Assembly: GCF_963921235.1 (NCBI RefSeq)
Contig: NC_086097.1
Location: 212,910,001 to 212,974,000, forward strand
Length of the DNA: 64,000 bases
Direction of reading: 5' to 3'
Source: Mobula hypostoma
Lineage: Eukaryota
Positions 1-13,589 of this stretch are shown here, one piece after another. A program made the position numbers and the translations under genes. Each line of letters starts with the position of its first letter. Position 1 is the first letter of the stretch. The notes beneath the pieces were generated by a model. It saw nothing but the letters and a program-made list of their open reading frames with translations, had not been told where the DNA came from and ran no database searches.

Positions 1-370
1 GACTTGTGTGGAGCGTCTGGTCGACCACCATGGTTGGTCCCAGGTGGCGGGTGGAGGAGGTTGGAAGGGATCGAGTGGTGAAAAGAGGACTCCATTAATT
101 GAGCTCCAACTGTTGTGCACGAAGTGGTTGAACTTTGATAAGTTTGGCGCCTTTTACTTTCCTTTAATATTTTATCTCTATAAATTATATAGTTCTAGTA
201 AGATCTATAAAATGTAATCATTTAAGTACATATGGTGTATTGTCTGTTATTTGGCAGGGTGGGGTACATCACACAGCATCTACACAAACTGATTACCCAG
301 GTTGGGGCCGAAGGCTGCTCCCCCTAGATGAAAGAGAGCTGAGCGAGCCTAAGGCTTACCGGGGGCTACA
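1..370 (+). mobile_element. 3' part of an LTR (Gypsy-type), running off the window start
   Basis: Ends in GGGGGCTACA, a typical LTR ...CA terminus, at 370; GC-rich then T-rich U5-like layout; no TSD can be checked. Confidence 0.55.
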
Positions 371-533
371 TAAGGAAAAAACATAGCACCACATTTATTG
401 AACTCCAAAATCTGAACACAAAGCGTGCTAAATGTCCTTTATGTAATTACATCATCACGTCAGACCAGCCCCTTAAAGTGAACCCCCACTCAATGTTGGT
501 AGTTGTGAATTATGTACGTTACATTACCCTACA
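371..533 (-). mobile_element. 5' part of a second LTR, interrupted by the LTR at 1-370
   Basis: Minus strand begins TGTAGGG at 533, then a TATA-like CATAAAG and an AATAAA; cut at 370. Confidence 0.45.
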
Positions 534-552
534 AGCTAAATAGAATTCTGAT

Positions 553-946
553 AGAAAGATACGTCTTGCGATGCACTCAGACACATCATCAGTGATGTAA
601 CCCGGGGTCACAGGTTATTTCAGGTCTTTCAAATCAGATACCCTCGCCCGGGCGGCCCTGACTTGTGTCTGATAGCATTCTGCCTTAGATCAGTCCTCAT
701 GATCCACAGTCATTTAGAGGCTCACTTTGCTGCCTCTATGGTGTTCCTGGTGGTTTTCCTCTACTGGGCTCCTGAGATGTCCATTTGGCTGTAGGCTTGC
801 TAGAGGGATTGACCGACAAACCCTCTGCAGCCCACCTCTATGGGCATACAGTGCCCTGCCACCCCTTGTTGTTGCTCTCCTCCACTAAGTCTTCGTACTT
901 TGTCTTTGTCCTTTCAGGGGCCTCCTCCACCTGGTCAGCTCCAACA
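553..946 (-). mobile_element. HERO-like (REL endonuclease) non-LTR retrotransposon, 3' fragment with 3' UTR
   Basis: Minus-strand translation LELT..QVEEAPERTKTKYEDLVEE..KGWQ/CMPIEVGCRGFVGQSL..IEAA..LWIMR matches the HERO/R2-superfamily C-terminus; stops and a frameshift. Confidence 0.8.
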
Positions 947-1339
947 TGTCCAGGTGACTCTGACAGCAGCGTTATTTTTGGTCTAAGCATTCTGATCAAG
1001 ACAGGAAATACGCAAACTGCAAGTGCTGAGCTCAGAACACCCAGAGGCATTTTAACTCTGCAGATTCATTATTAAGAGTCCTAGGTCTGTAAGAATACAG
1101 AACAATTCTGCATAGTTGCTTCCTTCATTGGTGATTGCAATAGATGAGGTAAAGTGCAGCTCATTACATTTACACTTGTAATGGTGCAGTCAAATACATG
1201 GATTAGTCAAGTCCATTTAAAATAAATTTGGTGAGCATAGTGCCAATCCACCTTCAATTATTTCATGCCTTCTTTACTTAAGTAGCAGAGAAAGGAATGA
1301 CTGTGTTAAAATCAAATCATCAGAAAGAGGTGACATGGG

Positions 1340-3855
1340 GTCACATCTGCAAGGGTAAAAGGACCCTGATGGGAGTTAAATACAGACCTCCAAACAGTAG
1401 TAAGGATGTAGTCTACAAGTTACAATGGGAGATAGAAAATGGATGCCAAAAGAGCAATGTTACAATAGTCATGGGGGATTTTAATATGCAGGAAGATTAG
1501 GAAAACCAGATTGGCGCTGGATTCCAAGAGAAGGAATTTCTAAAATGCTTACAAAATGGCTTTGTAGACCAGATTGTAGTTGTGGATTAGGTGTTTTGCA
1601 ATGAACTAGAATTCATTAGAGAGCTGAAGGTAAAAGAATTTCAGGGGAAAGCGATAATAATATGGTCGAATTCACCCTGAAATATGAGAAGGCGAAACTA
1701 AAGTCAGATGTATCAGTATTACAGTGGAGTAAAGGGAACTACAGAAACATGAGAGAGGATTTGGCCAGAATTGATTGGAAAAGAACACTGGCAGGGATGA
1801 CAGCAGAACAGCAATAGCTGGAATTTCTGAAAGCAATTCGGAAGGCACAGGATATATACATCCCAAAGAGGAAGAAGATTTGTAAAGGCAAAATGACACA
1901 ACTGTGACTATAAAGAGAAGTCAAAGCCAACATAAAAGCCAAAGAGTGAGTATATAATAGAACAAAAATTAGTGGGAAGTTAGTGGATTGGGGAGCTGTG
2001 GAAGACACTAGCAGGATAGTGGAAGTTCCAGATGTCAGGGGCCATGAAGTGTGTGAAGTTACCATTACTGGGGAGGAAGGTGGTGGGAAACTGAAAGGTC
2101 TGAAGGTTGATGTCGCTTGGAACACATGGTGAACACCCCAGGGTTTTGAAAGAGGTGCCTGAAGAGATTGTGGAGGCATTATTAATGATCTTTCAAAAAT
2201 CACTAGATTCTGGAATGGTTCCAGAAGACTGGAAAATTGAAATCGTCACTCCAGTCTTCAAGAATAGACAGAGGCAGAAGAAGGGAAATTATAGGCAAGT
2301 TAGTCTGACTTCAATGGTTGGGAAGATGTTGGAGTTGATTGTTAAGGATGTGGTTTCAGGGTACTGTGAGGCACATGATAAAATAGGCCATCACCAGCAT
2401 GGTTTCCTCAAGGGAAAATTTTGCCTGACAAATTTGCTGGAATTCTTTGAAGAAATAACAAGCAGGATAGACAAAGGAGAGTCAATTGATGTTGTGTACG
2501 TGGATTTTCAGAAGGCCTTTGACAAGGTGCCACACATAAGGCTGCTTAACAAGGTACAAGCCAATGTTATTACAGGAAAGATTCTAGCATGGATAAAGCA
2601 GTGGCTGATCGGCAGAAGGCAAAGAATGTGAATAAAGGGAGCCTTTTCTGGTTGGTTGCCAGTGACTAGTGGTGTTCCGTTGGGGTCTGTGTTGGGACTG
2701 ATCCTTTTTACATCATATGTTAATGATTTGGATGAAGGCTTTGTTGCAAAGTTTGCAGATGATACAAAGATAGGTGGAGGGGCAGGTAGTTTTGAGGAAA
2801 CAGAGGCTACAGAAGGGCTGAGACAGATTAGGAAAATGGACAAAGGAGTAGCAGATGGAATACAGTGTCGGGAAGTGTATACACTTTGGTAGAAGAAATG
2901 AAAGGGCTGAATATTTTCTTAGTGAAGTACCTTCAGTTACTCCAGAAGACTGAGGTTTGGTAAAATACTGAAAGGCTTTTATTCACTGTACAATACGACC
3001 TCCACAGTGAGTGTCTGCCCCCGGACTGAGGGGGAGGGGCAAGGTGAACACCTTTATACAGAACTCTGTGGGAGGAGCCACAGGGGCAGTCAGCAGAGGG
3101 GTGTGTCCAGACAGTTAACCGAGTTACAACATATATACATGGTTTACCACACTTAGTGGAGAGAAAATATAAAAACCTGAGGTGCAAAAGGAATTGGGAG
3201 TCCTTGTACAGGATTCCCTAAAGGTTAATTTGCAGGTTGAGTCTGTGGTGAGGAAGGCAAATTCATTTCAAGAGGACTAGAATATGTACGGGTGTAATGT
3301 TGAGACTTTATAAAGCACTAGTGAGATCTCACTTGGAATATTGTGAGCAGATTTAGGCCCCTTATCTGAGAAATGATGTGCTGAAACTGAAGAAGGTTCA
3401 AAGGAGGTTCGCAAAAATGATTCCAGGATTGAATGGCATTCCAGCATATGATGGCTCTGGGCCTGTATTCATTGAAATTCAGAAGAATGAGGGGTGACCT
3501 CATTGAAACCTATCGAGTGGTGAAAGGCTTTGATAGACTAGATGTGGAGAGGATGTTTCCCACGGTGGGAGTGTCTAAGACCAGAGGACATGGTCTCAGA
3601 ATAGAGGAGTGTCCTTTTAGAATGGAGATGAGAAGGGATTTCTTTAGCCAGAGAGTGGTGAATCTGTGGAATTCTTTGCCACAGGCAGCTGTGGGGGCCA
3701 CATATTTCTGTACATTTAAGGCAGAGGTTGATAGATTCTTGATTGCTCAAAGAGTTGTGAGGGAATGGCAGGAGATTAGGGCTGAGAGGGAAATTGGATC
3801 GGCAAAGATGAAATGGCAGGCAGAATGGCCTAATTCTGTTCCTATATCTTATGGC
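1340..3855 (+). mobile_element. CR1 LINE, 5'-truncated, degraded ORF2 (APE endonuclease + RT), internal deletion near 2000
   Basis: YRPPNS, VMGDFN, PEDWK, NYRQVSLTS, YVDFQKAFDKVPH, KFADDTK motifs; CR1-type 3' end. Confidence 0.95.
2923..3151 (-). mobile_element. Solo LTR (229 bp) inserted in CR1
   Basis: TG...CA termini; 5-bp TSD CTTAG at 2918-2922 and 3152-3156; TATAAA and AATAAA on the minus strand. Confidence 0.9.
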
Positions 3856-4673
3856 CTTACGGTCCTTAAACCATCTGATCAGCTCTTTTCAATTGTGTAC
3901 GACCACCAAAAATAAACATGGAAAAGTAAGTTATAACTTGTTGGGAAGCATCATGGAAAAATAGATGTATATAGTAGCTCAGCTTTAATATATGAAGTCT
4001 ATAAGCTGCAGTCGCTTATTTTGGTGAATGAAGATGATTGTTTTATTTCAGGTGCACTTCCAATTGATTTCAGTTACTGAATGGTATCAATAGGAGTCAT
4101 GAAATCAAGCTATTTTAAACCATTTCACTTCCCCAGAAGAAGAACGCAGTTTGAAGATGAATGGATTCTGAAAGTAAAATAGGAAAACAAAATATGGCTT
4201 GTCCAACAATCAATCCATCATAAATTAACTAAATTTTTAGTATAAGCTGTGTTCTGCATTTCAATATAACAATAACATTATTGTATACATAGCATTGGTT
4301 TCATTTTTGTTCAACATGCTAACTAACTATATATAGAAACAAAATATCAGCTGTAACCATGGTTACATTCTCTTTCCAAGACACAATTTTCCTTCCTAAG
4401 GATTATTTGCTCTACACATGAACTTAAATTGTAGCATTAATAATGATTAAGTTATCCTGTTAAGCGCAGAAGTAATCTATTCAACATATTGCAAGATGTG
4501 CAATACTTTGGGGTACATAAATAATTATAATCCATAATAGATTCCGATTATGATTCATTTATTCTCAGCCATTTCAATTATAAAAGCATTACCTGTGTAC
4601 CATAAATGATAAATTTGTACAAAACGCTATCATAAACCAGATCTACCTTAACAATAATGAAACAAATCAAACC

Positions 4674-4975
4674 CATAGAAACATAGAAAACCTACAGCGC
4701 AATACAGGCCCTTCAGCCCACAATGCTGTGCCCAACATGTACTTACTTTAGAAATTACCTTGGGTTACCCATAGCCCTGTATTTTTCTAAGCTCCATGTA
4801 CCTAACCGGGAGCCTCTTAAAAGACACTATCATTTCCGCCTCCACCACCGTCGCCGGCAGCCCATTCCACGCACTCACCACTCTCTGAGTAAAAAACTGT
4901 GCCCTCTCGTGTTAGCCATTTCAGTCCTGGGAAAAAGCTTCTAACTATCCACACAATCAATGCCTCTCATATACA
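4674..4975 (-). mobile_element. CR1 3' fragment
   Basis: (CATAGAAA)n tail and CR1 3' UTR/ORF2-end sequence. Confidence 0.9.
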
Positions 4976-5199
4976 CCTAGATAATTAGTGCAGAAAATTT
5001 TAAGCCTCTTTTTAATAGAGATTTCTCAATGAATTATTTAATGAGATGATAACAATGGGCAAGTATTCAGTCTGCTCCATTTGATTCCATAACTGATCTG
5101 AAAAAATGCCCTGATGATTTTGTTGTAGAAAATAACTCAAGAAATTGGCTGGAATGGAGGTTCTTAAAGTAAGCCTTTACAGAATTGTCTCCCTGTGAC

Positions 5200-5520
5200 A
5201 TATGTGGCTCAGTTGCTAGGTACCTACCTGAGCCATAAAGTTGTCAGTTCAAATTACAATCGAGGGACCTGAGAACATGATTTGGCAAGTACCAAGAAGT
5301 GTTCTGTTGAGTGGGGGTTTAAACTTACATATGAATGTAAACATTTAGAACATTATTTGGTAGAAATTCAAAATGCTGTTTCCAGTATCGTGGCTAATGG
5401 CTATTTGTCAGCCAATTAGGGACAACATTATTTGTGGTCTGTAGAAACCTGAAGCGTACAAATTAGTTGCTCTTTCCTACGTTATCATTATGATTGCTTC
5501 ATGCTTCACAACAACTTGAA
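5200..5520 (+). mobile_element. Old tRNA-derived DeuSINE-like element (SacSINE1-like)
   Basis: GTGGCTCAGTTG A-box-like and GTTCAAAT B-box-like head, followed by a Deu-domain-like body. Confidence 0.5.
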
Positions 5521-6239
5521 ATGGAGAACTATCTGGCTTTTCTCCTTTAAAACTGATTTATCAGGGTCTATCAATGAATGAATCTTGTTCAAACTTATCT
5601 CAGTATCGGTGTCTCATAAACATTATGCTTTAACCCAACCCTGTAGAGCATAGTGACTGACACGAGGCTGCAGTTTTTTCCCATTAAGTATTTAACACTG
5701 TTCATATGTCAAGAGCTGGTGTATTTTTCAATTAACATATTACTTTTTATTTTGTAAAATATTTTAATTAAGGATATTTCAAATGTTGAGAGACATGTAG
5801 GAATACTGGCAAAGGTTTTTGCCACCATTAGGATCAGCGGTTCAGTATGAGATCGAGTTGCTAGTTCTGCATTGAAGTGCTGTATTGTGGAACAGATGTG
5901 GTAGTTAAGCTTCAATGACCCTGATGGTCAATGTAGCCTTGAAAGGGAATGGACCTGTAGGTATCCTTCAGGAGGGGAATGCCAGGCATGAGCTGCGTAA
6001 AGCACAATCCAGGTCCTTGGGCAGGAGAGCAAACAATGCTTTGTGAATCCAAGATATGTGCGCGTGAACATCTGGTAGCTGTTTCATCAGATCAACATGA
6101 GTTTGACAGAGCAAGGTATGACTCCAATGATCAGAAACAAGGCTCTGCTATATGGGGCTTCATGACTTGAGACAACGTAATGTTACTCCTTAGTGACCAT
6201 ACAGCTCTAGTTACTTTTCATGAAAGGAGGGAGCCCAAC

Positions 6240-7700
6240 AAGCCGGAATATATAGATCAGAAAACCTAGAGTCTAGCAGTGGAAAATTGCTGGAATCTAT
6301 TATTAAGGAGGGAATAGCATGACATTTACTACATTGTAAGACAATTAAACAGAGTCCATATAACCATATAACCATATAACAATTATAGCACAGAAACAGG
6401 CCATCTCGGCCCTTCTAGTCCGTGCCGAACTCCTACTCTCACCTAGTCCCACCGACCTGCACTTGGTCCATAACCCTCCATTCCCTTCCTGTCCATATAC
6501 CTATCCAATTTAACTTTAAACGACAACATCGAACCTGCCTCAAACACTTCTGCTGGAAGCTCATTCCACACAGCCACCATTCTCTGAGTAAAGAAGTTCC
6601 CCCTCATGTTACCCCTAAAGTTTTGCCCTTTAACTCTCAACTCATGTCCTCTTGTTTGAATCTCCCCCACTCTCAATGGAAAAAGCTGATTCATGTCAAC
6701 TCTATCAATCCCCCTCATAATTTTAAACACCTCTATCAAGTCCCCTCTCAACCTTCTACGCTCCAAAGAATAAAGACCTAACTTGTTCAACCTTTCTCTG
6801 TAACTTAGGAGATGAAACCCAGGCAACATTTTAGTAAACCTCCTCTGTACTCTCTCAGATTTATTGACATCTTTCCTATAATTCGGTGACCAGAACTGTA
6901 CACAATACTCCACATTTGGCCTTTCCAATGCCTTATACAATTTCAACATTACATCCCAACTCCTATACTCAATGCTCTGATACCAAAAGCTTTCTTCACC
7001 ACCCTATCGACATGAGATTCCACCTTCAGGGAACTATGCACCATTATTCCTAGATCCCTCTGTTCTACTGCATTCTTCAATACCCTACCATCTACCATGT
7101 ATGTCCTATTTTGATTAGTCCTACCAAAATGTAGCATCTCACATTTTTCAGCATTAAACTCCATCTGCCATCTTTCAGCCCACTCTTCTAACTGGCCTAA
7201 ATCTCTCTGCAAGCTTTGAAAACCTACTTCATTATCCACAACGCCACCTATCTTAGTATCATCTGCATACTTACTAATCCAATTTACCACCCCATCATCC
7301 AGATCATTAATATATATGACAAACAACATTGGACCCAGTACAGATCCCTGAAGCACACCGCTATACACCGTCCTCCAATCTGACACACAGTTGATTGGAC
7401 TCACAGTTGATTGAATCTGGGTCGATGTTGTTTTATGAAAGGAACATAGTGTTTGACAGATTTGCTACAACATTTTTAGGATATAAAAATTGGGGAGATG
7501 TAGGATACCAGTAGACATAGCCTATCTGGATTCCAGAAAGCATTAGACAAGTTGCCACATGAACCATTACTGCATAAGGTAAAAGTGTATGGGGTCGAAG
7601 ATGATAATATTTGACATGGTCAAGGGGCTGGCTAACAGAAGACAAAAAGTCATGATAAATAGATCATTTCTATATTATTAATCAGCAAACTGTGGGATAG
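6240..7700 (+). mobile_element. Old CR1 RT fragment split by a younger CR1
   Basis: Degenerate GKLLESIIKE and YLDFQKA.DK.PH motifs on either side of the 6356-7392 insert. Confidence 0.7.
6356..7392 (-). mobile_element. Young 5'-truncated CR1 (RT C-terminal half + 3' UTR)
   Basis: ORFs 6949-7404 (QGSVLGP, YADDTK) and 6443-6949; (CCATATAA)3 tail. Confidence 0.97.
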
Positions 7701-9154
7701 AATAGTAATCAATACTTATGTCTTCATAATAATTGTCATTACGTAAAAGTGAAAAATATATGCAGGCTCATCTTTGCCTCAAAAGCTCCAATTGAAAGAC
7801 CTATCATTTTCATCATTTGGGATGTTCATTGAATGCGAAGACTGTGAGTGCCCAGATGCGTTACTAAGATGCTCTACTCTGAGCCATTTTTCTCAGCCCC
7901 TGCAAGTTAAGTGCTTTTATCAGCTAGAACAATGAGAGGAAATATGTGAAAGGGAAACTCAATGGCTAAATGGCATTTTTAATATCAAATGGCATAGATG
8001 GAATCTTAAGTGTTTTTGAATGTTTATTAATATCAGAGACATTTACAAAGATTTCAGTTCCTTGTCACCTTTCACAGCTGGCTCAACTCTGAGATGTAGG
8101 TTCACCTGCTGTCAATGCATTTCTCTGGGATTTACATTTACAAGGCTTTTCCCACTCAGCTGGAAGCCAGTTTCAACCAAAGAATTGTCACAAGGGGTCT
8201 TCTTTGACATTATAAAGGGTTTAGTTGATAAGGCCAATTGCAAGCACTGACTGTCTGCTGTTTCCAGGAATTGGAGGAATTGCGAAGACTGGGTACAATT
8301 AATTCTACAGAAAAATTCTTCAAAATCGATACACACTTTGAAAGACAACGAAAGCTGATATGAAGGAAGGACTTATTCCAATGAAAGGTTGATTTTAAGC
8401 TTTTTGGACAGAACTTCATCAAGCGAGGTCACTGAGTAGTTAATGCTCGAACTTAACTCTAGTATAAGTTTGCAATCCTGAGGTAAGTTCAATGGCCAGT
8501 GTTGTCAAGGCTAGAAACCCTATTCCTTTATTACCTGCACCTTCAGTTCCTTGAGCCTCACTGTTGACAAAATCACCTCAACTTTCCCTTGAATAACTTT
8601 AATTGCTAAACCATAGTTCTCTCCACCTCTTTCTCATCATACATACTATGGGGCAGTTATATTTCACACCCCACGTATTACACTGCACATCACTTCTTCC
8701 TCTACAACACCCTCTCTAACTACCTCACTAGCATACCCCCAGTGTACCTACTACTTGTTTTTACTTAAGGCAGCATGGTAGCTCTTCACAGTTCACCCTG
8801 CCAAAAGAGGGAGGGCATCTATTGCAGAAGGGGGGGAGGCGATAAAGCTGAAGAGGTGCTGAGATGCTTTTCTTTACACTGTACTCTTTTTTCCCTTTAA
8901 TATGTCTATCCTAGCCAATATAGTCTGCAGTTTGCCACTAAAGGAGTATAGTAAGTTCAGTGCCTCTCCTGTGAAGCTAATTGAGCTTGCGGCAAGAAAC
9001 AATTTACACAGAGGCAGCAAAGCACAGAGAGCAGTTTACTGCATTTTTGAGAGTTGTTGGTTTAGTCACTCAGTTACTGATATTCATGGGAGAAATGCGT
9101 ATGAAAGATCTTTCATCCATTTGTACCTGAATGTTGCAGTATTCTTCAAGAGTC

Positions 9155-9450
9155 ACAGAGAAACACAGAAAGGAAATAGGTCCTAGAGCCCAATTAGCCC
9201 ATGCTGGTCAGGATGCCCATCTAAGCGGTCACTTGCCCATGTTTCACTTGCATCCCTTTAAAACATTTCTATCTACGTGCCTGTCCCAATATCTTTCTGT
9301 TGTTTTTATTGTACATGCCTTAACCACTTTCTTTGCCAGCTCATCCTCTGTGGGAAAATGTTGGCTCCTCAGGTTCCTATTAAATCTTTTCCCTCTCACC
9401 TTAAACCTATGCCCTCTAGTTTTTGATTGCACAACCTTGAGCAAAGAAGT
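9155..9450 (-). mobile_element. CR1 3' fragment
   Basis: KTRGHRFKVRGKRF motif plus 3' UTR. Confidence 0.85.
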
Positions 9451-9919
9451 GTAGGATAAGCATGTAGTTAAAGTAATTTTATCTGGATTATAGATACTTG
9501 TTCTACATATTCTATAAAGACATTTTAAAATTTGAAGCTGCCGTGCCTTGGGAATTAATGAAGTAGTCATGTTCAATTCTCAGCTTCAGCACCAGCCCCA
9601 AATTTTAGTCAAGTAATTGGATCAATTCCAATTAAATGTCCCAGAATCTGAGGCAGACTCTTTTTATTTTGTATTAATTTAGGTAGAATTCTGGTTCTCT
9701 TGTTAAATAATGACCTGAAACTTTGCAGATGTTTCCTTTGGGAGCCAGAAGAGCTCTTGCTTCTGCTCTGCAATTTGCAACACACGAGACAGAGCTGAGC
9801 TGGAGGTCAGACACTGGCTGTGCAGTCCACCACTAGACTTAGTACTGAGTCTAGAGCTAGGGCTCACATGTACTGAGCTGAGAGCCTCATGCAATTGATT
9901 GGAAGGTAACCATAGTTTA

Positions 9920-10255
9920 AGGACACTAGGTTCAAGAACAGCTCCTACCCCTGAACTATCAGGCTTTTGAACAAAAGTGGATAATTACACACACTTCGCA
10001 TCCATTCAGATGTTCTCACAACCAATGATCTCACTTTAAGGACTCTTTATCTTGTTATTTCGTATTCTCGTTATTTATTGCTATTTATTTATATTTGCTT
10101 TTGCTCAATTCACACTCTACTTGATCTTTCATTGATCCAGTTATTGATACTATTCTGTAGATTTGCAGAGTATGCCCACAAAAAAATGAATCCCAGGGTT
10201 GTATGTAATGACATATATGTATTTTGATAATGAAATTTACTTTGAATTTTGAACT
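9920..10255 (+). mobile_element. Rex1-type LINE 3' end/3' UTR
   Basis: Similar to 49290-49700; ends GATAAT...TTTACTTTGAATTTTGAAC. Confidence 0.75.
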
Positions 10256-11329
10256 TCTTAATTCTACCTAATTTAAGTGTCTTTCAATAGCTTATATCTT
10301 CCAAATGAGATTTCAGAAAATACATTGTTTGTATTTTCCGAAAAAAAAATTGAAAGTTATTTCATTACTTTTGAACAGAACTGTGTTGTCAGAAAGTCCA
10401 TCAGGGCTCTCTGGGGCTGGCAGGACACTGGGACCTAGTTGCTTTTTCAAAGGCCACTCTGACTTGTGCAGTAGCCACGGTTCTTTTTGCTGAAAAGCTT
10501 ATTTTATTCCCCATCCCTAATCATCCTTGAGGTAATGGTAAGCCAGTTTCTTGACTCACTGCAGTTTTCCACTGTAAGTTCTTTGTCAGTGCCCTTGCAA
10601 TGCCAAGCTTAGGCTAGGACTACCAATCCTTCCCTTATCCATGTTAGACACCTTTGGCAATGTGGGTGCTCAACTGGAACCATGCAGGTCTGAGAATGTG
10701 CACCAGGAAAAATGTAAAGAATAGAGATGATCACATATGTACATGCATACACTCAATTCCCAGAATCATATATCTGAATTGTAAATCTCCCATCAGAGAG
10801 AAACTGCTTTGTGTCCTTCACTTGTTACTCATATTCAGACTGATAGTTCAGGTGTAATGATGCAGAATAAACATTATCTCACAGCAACATTAAAAGAGGC
10901 CATTCCACCCTTCAAGGTTATAATGGCACAGATATTATCCTAGTCCCCTGACTAAAGTAATCAGAAATGTTAAATAACCATGTTCCTTTTTCTTTCTTTA
11001 ATGCTTCATGTTACATGTATTTGGCCTCATCTCTCAAAGATTTGAGAACCTCTGGTAACCACTGAGTTCTCTCAAGCACTCTGTTAAGTTTTTCCAGCTG
11101 ACCTGAGCAAGTATCGTGTATTATCTGATAAAAATGACTGCTGGAGATGCCTGTGTTCATTGTAGGAACCTCCAGCTGCTCACAACATATGCTCCTACCG
11201 ATGAAGGTGATAATATTTTCAGAGGAAGAACTTAATCTTGCAGCATTGACCTAAGACAGATATCTATTTGAAACCAGCTTCATCAATACTAACTAGAAGA
11301 CAGTATCTCTCCTTAACCAATGACTTTGT

Positions 11330-11695
11330 GTATAAAATCATGAGGGGTACCTATAGGGTGAGTGCACACTGTCTTTCCTGGGGAAGGGAAACTCAAAACC
11401 ACAGGGCAGAGTTTTAAAGTGAGAGGTGAAAAATTTGAAAGAGATAAGAGGGGTAACTTCTTCACACAGAGAGTGGTCCAAATATGGAATAAACTGCCAT
11501 AGAAAGTGGTTGTGGTATGTAAACTAATTACATTTAAAATACATTAGCACCATTATCAGAATAGGAAAGGCTTAGCGGCATTCAGTATAGGCCAAACAAA
11601 TGTGGGCGCCATTGTTGACATGGACTAGTTGGGCCTAAGGGCTTGTTTCTATACTGTATGAATTTACATGCTCAATGACTCTATGACTCTATCAT
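11330..11695 (+). mobile_element. CR1 3' fragment
   Basis: RGNFFTQRVV..WNKLP motif; (ATGACTCT)n tail. Confidence 0.85.
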
Positions 11696-13589
11696 CTCAT
11701 TCCTCCCATTCAATTTTTTTTAATGTTAGAAATTGGACTTGTGAGACACAACATTAATCAATATCTATTTTACCTGTAGTATGTAATGCTTGAGATCATT
11801 TTCACATGAAATCATGCCAGACACAAAGCTGGACCAATCACCTCCGTACATCTAATGTTTTCCTGGTGTCAAGTGTGTAATAAGCCACACAATTATTCAC
11901 ATCATGCATATTTTCACCTGCATTAAAAAGCATTTTATAACTTAAGTGATTCCAGATGAAGTAGATGTTGGTTTATGTTGGGTCTATCAAATAGGCAATA
12001 GGTGATCCAATTTCTAATATTATTTATTTCAATGTCAGGAGTGGGGTTATTGGTGCATTAGACTATCCAAACATTTTATATGATCTGAGATAATAATACG
12101 ATTGTTTAGCTTGACACATCTATGGTCATTAAAAACAATTAATTATTAAAAACTGCTTTAATCGCTAGGGCAGTTTCTTAATAATCTTATTGAGCTCCCA
12201 TCTCACTCTTGCACCCAACACACAATTTCCAATTTTGCTAACACATATTGGCTTTCCAATAACTCTTTACAATTGACTTCACAATTTCTGACATTATTGG
12301 CAATTTCTTCCAATATTTATCATAGCCTTTTAGTAATTGTAGAACATTAGTCTCAGTGAGGAAATGTGTCCTATTGTTCATCCACACACTGATGATTCCC
12401 TCCGCCTATTGTGTTCTTTGCATTTTTCTTATACATTTTAACCAGCTTTTCTGCCTGCCAAAATTCATTTAATACTGATATTATTATCAATTCCTTTTCT
12501 ATTAAAACAAAAATGGTAAGGCAAATAATTTTGAAGTAGAAAAAAGCAATGTTTTCCCAAAGTATTGCCTTAACCACATACAAAAAGAGAAAATTCAGAT
12601 TAAGGATGAAAACATATTCTTTTTTGAAAGTACATTTTTCAACTGGTATACACTGGCAATGAAGAAATGACAGCAAAATTAAGTAATTTTTCAAAGTAAA
12701 TTTCAAATTACTATGCCCATTACTTTTCTTTTTATGAGCAGTCTTAAATCTTCCTAACTCAATAATGGCAAAAACCATATGACATATTCTACCTAAATAT
12801 AGGCACAGTGATTAATCCCCATTACTGTCATTGTCATGCTAACTTCTGAGCCGAATGGCCTTTACATTTACATCCCTAAGCACTTGGATGGAAATTCTTA
12901 CTATCAAAATGCTTTCAAATTTAATTGAAAGGAAAATCTGAGGTGGCTTACATTAGGCAACAGATCCAGCATGACTTGTCTTATCATATCACTGAAAGGA
13001 AGTATGACCTTGTGGTTTCCCACTTAAAAACCAAATGAGAAAAGGTGTAGTTCTGTTTATGATTTAGGACTAAGAATTACCACCACACTTATACTTCAAG
13101 CACACTTCAGGTCAGTTTTCCAGGGGAAATGGAGTTCATTTACCTTGAACAAAATGAAATGAGTAATGTTGGCAATTTTTGATTGGGCCACCAGCTTACA
13201 GAAGTACTCCTCTACAGTTTCTCATCTGTGGGTTCTGAGAAATCACTGAACAACTTCTCAATTTTTCAACTGATTGCTGAGGAACTGAATCACAGCCACA
13301 TTTGGTGCACAAAAACATAGCTCCACTTTGCACTGGTGTCCAATGAGTTCTCACACTCAGGATTGAAAAGGTCATTTTAAAATGGCATTAGGGTTATCTA
13401 CACCCATATACAAACGCTAAAATGGGAGCTACGTAATTTCTAAAGGGGAATTACCCAAATATTTGCAACTTCCAATTCAGAGAAGGGTACTAGCAGATCA
13501 AGATTTAGCTGGCAGCATGAAATAGCAATGGATACTTTGAATGCAATAGAGGAGACTGAGTCAATAGGAGGGAGAGAGATTCCACCATA

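Noticed and set aside
575..660. CTGATGA and GAAA motifs in the HERO 3' UTR as a possible hammerhead
   Set aside because: Order and stems do not form a three-way junction
8020..8560. Overlapping short ORFs and possible splice sites (e.g. ELEELRRLG.. after TTTCCAG)
   Set aside because: No recognisable homology or consistent exon chain; compatible with chance
9703..10493. Two GC-richer patches with open minus-strand frames
   Set aside because: Splice signals weak or absent; peptides not recognised
12371..12778. 135-aa hydrophobic ORF
   Set aside because: AT-rich, low-complexity F/I/L/K translation with no recognisable domain
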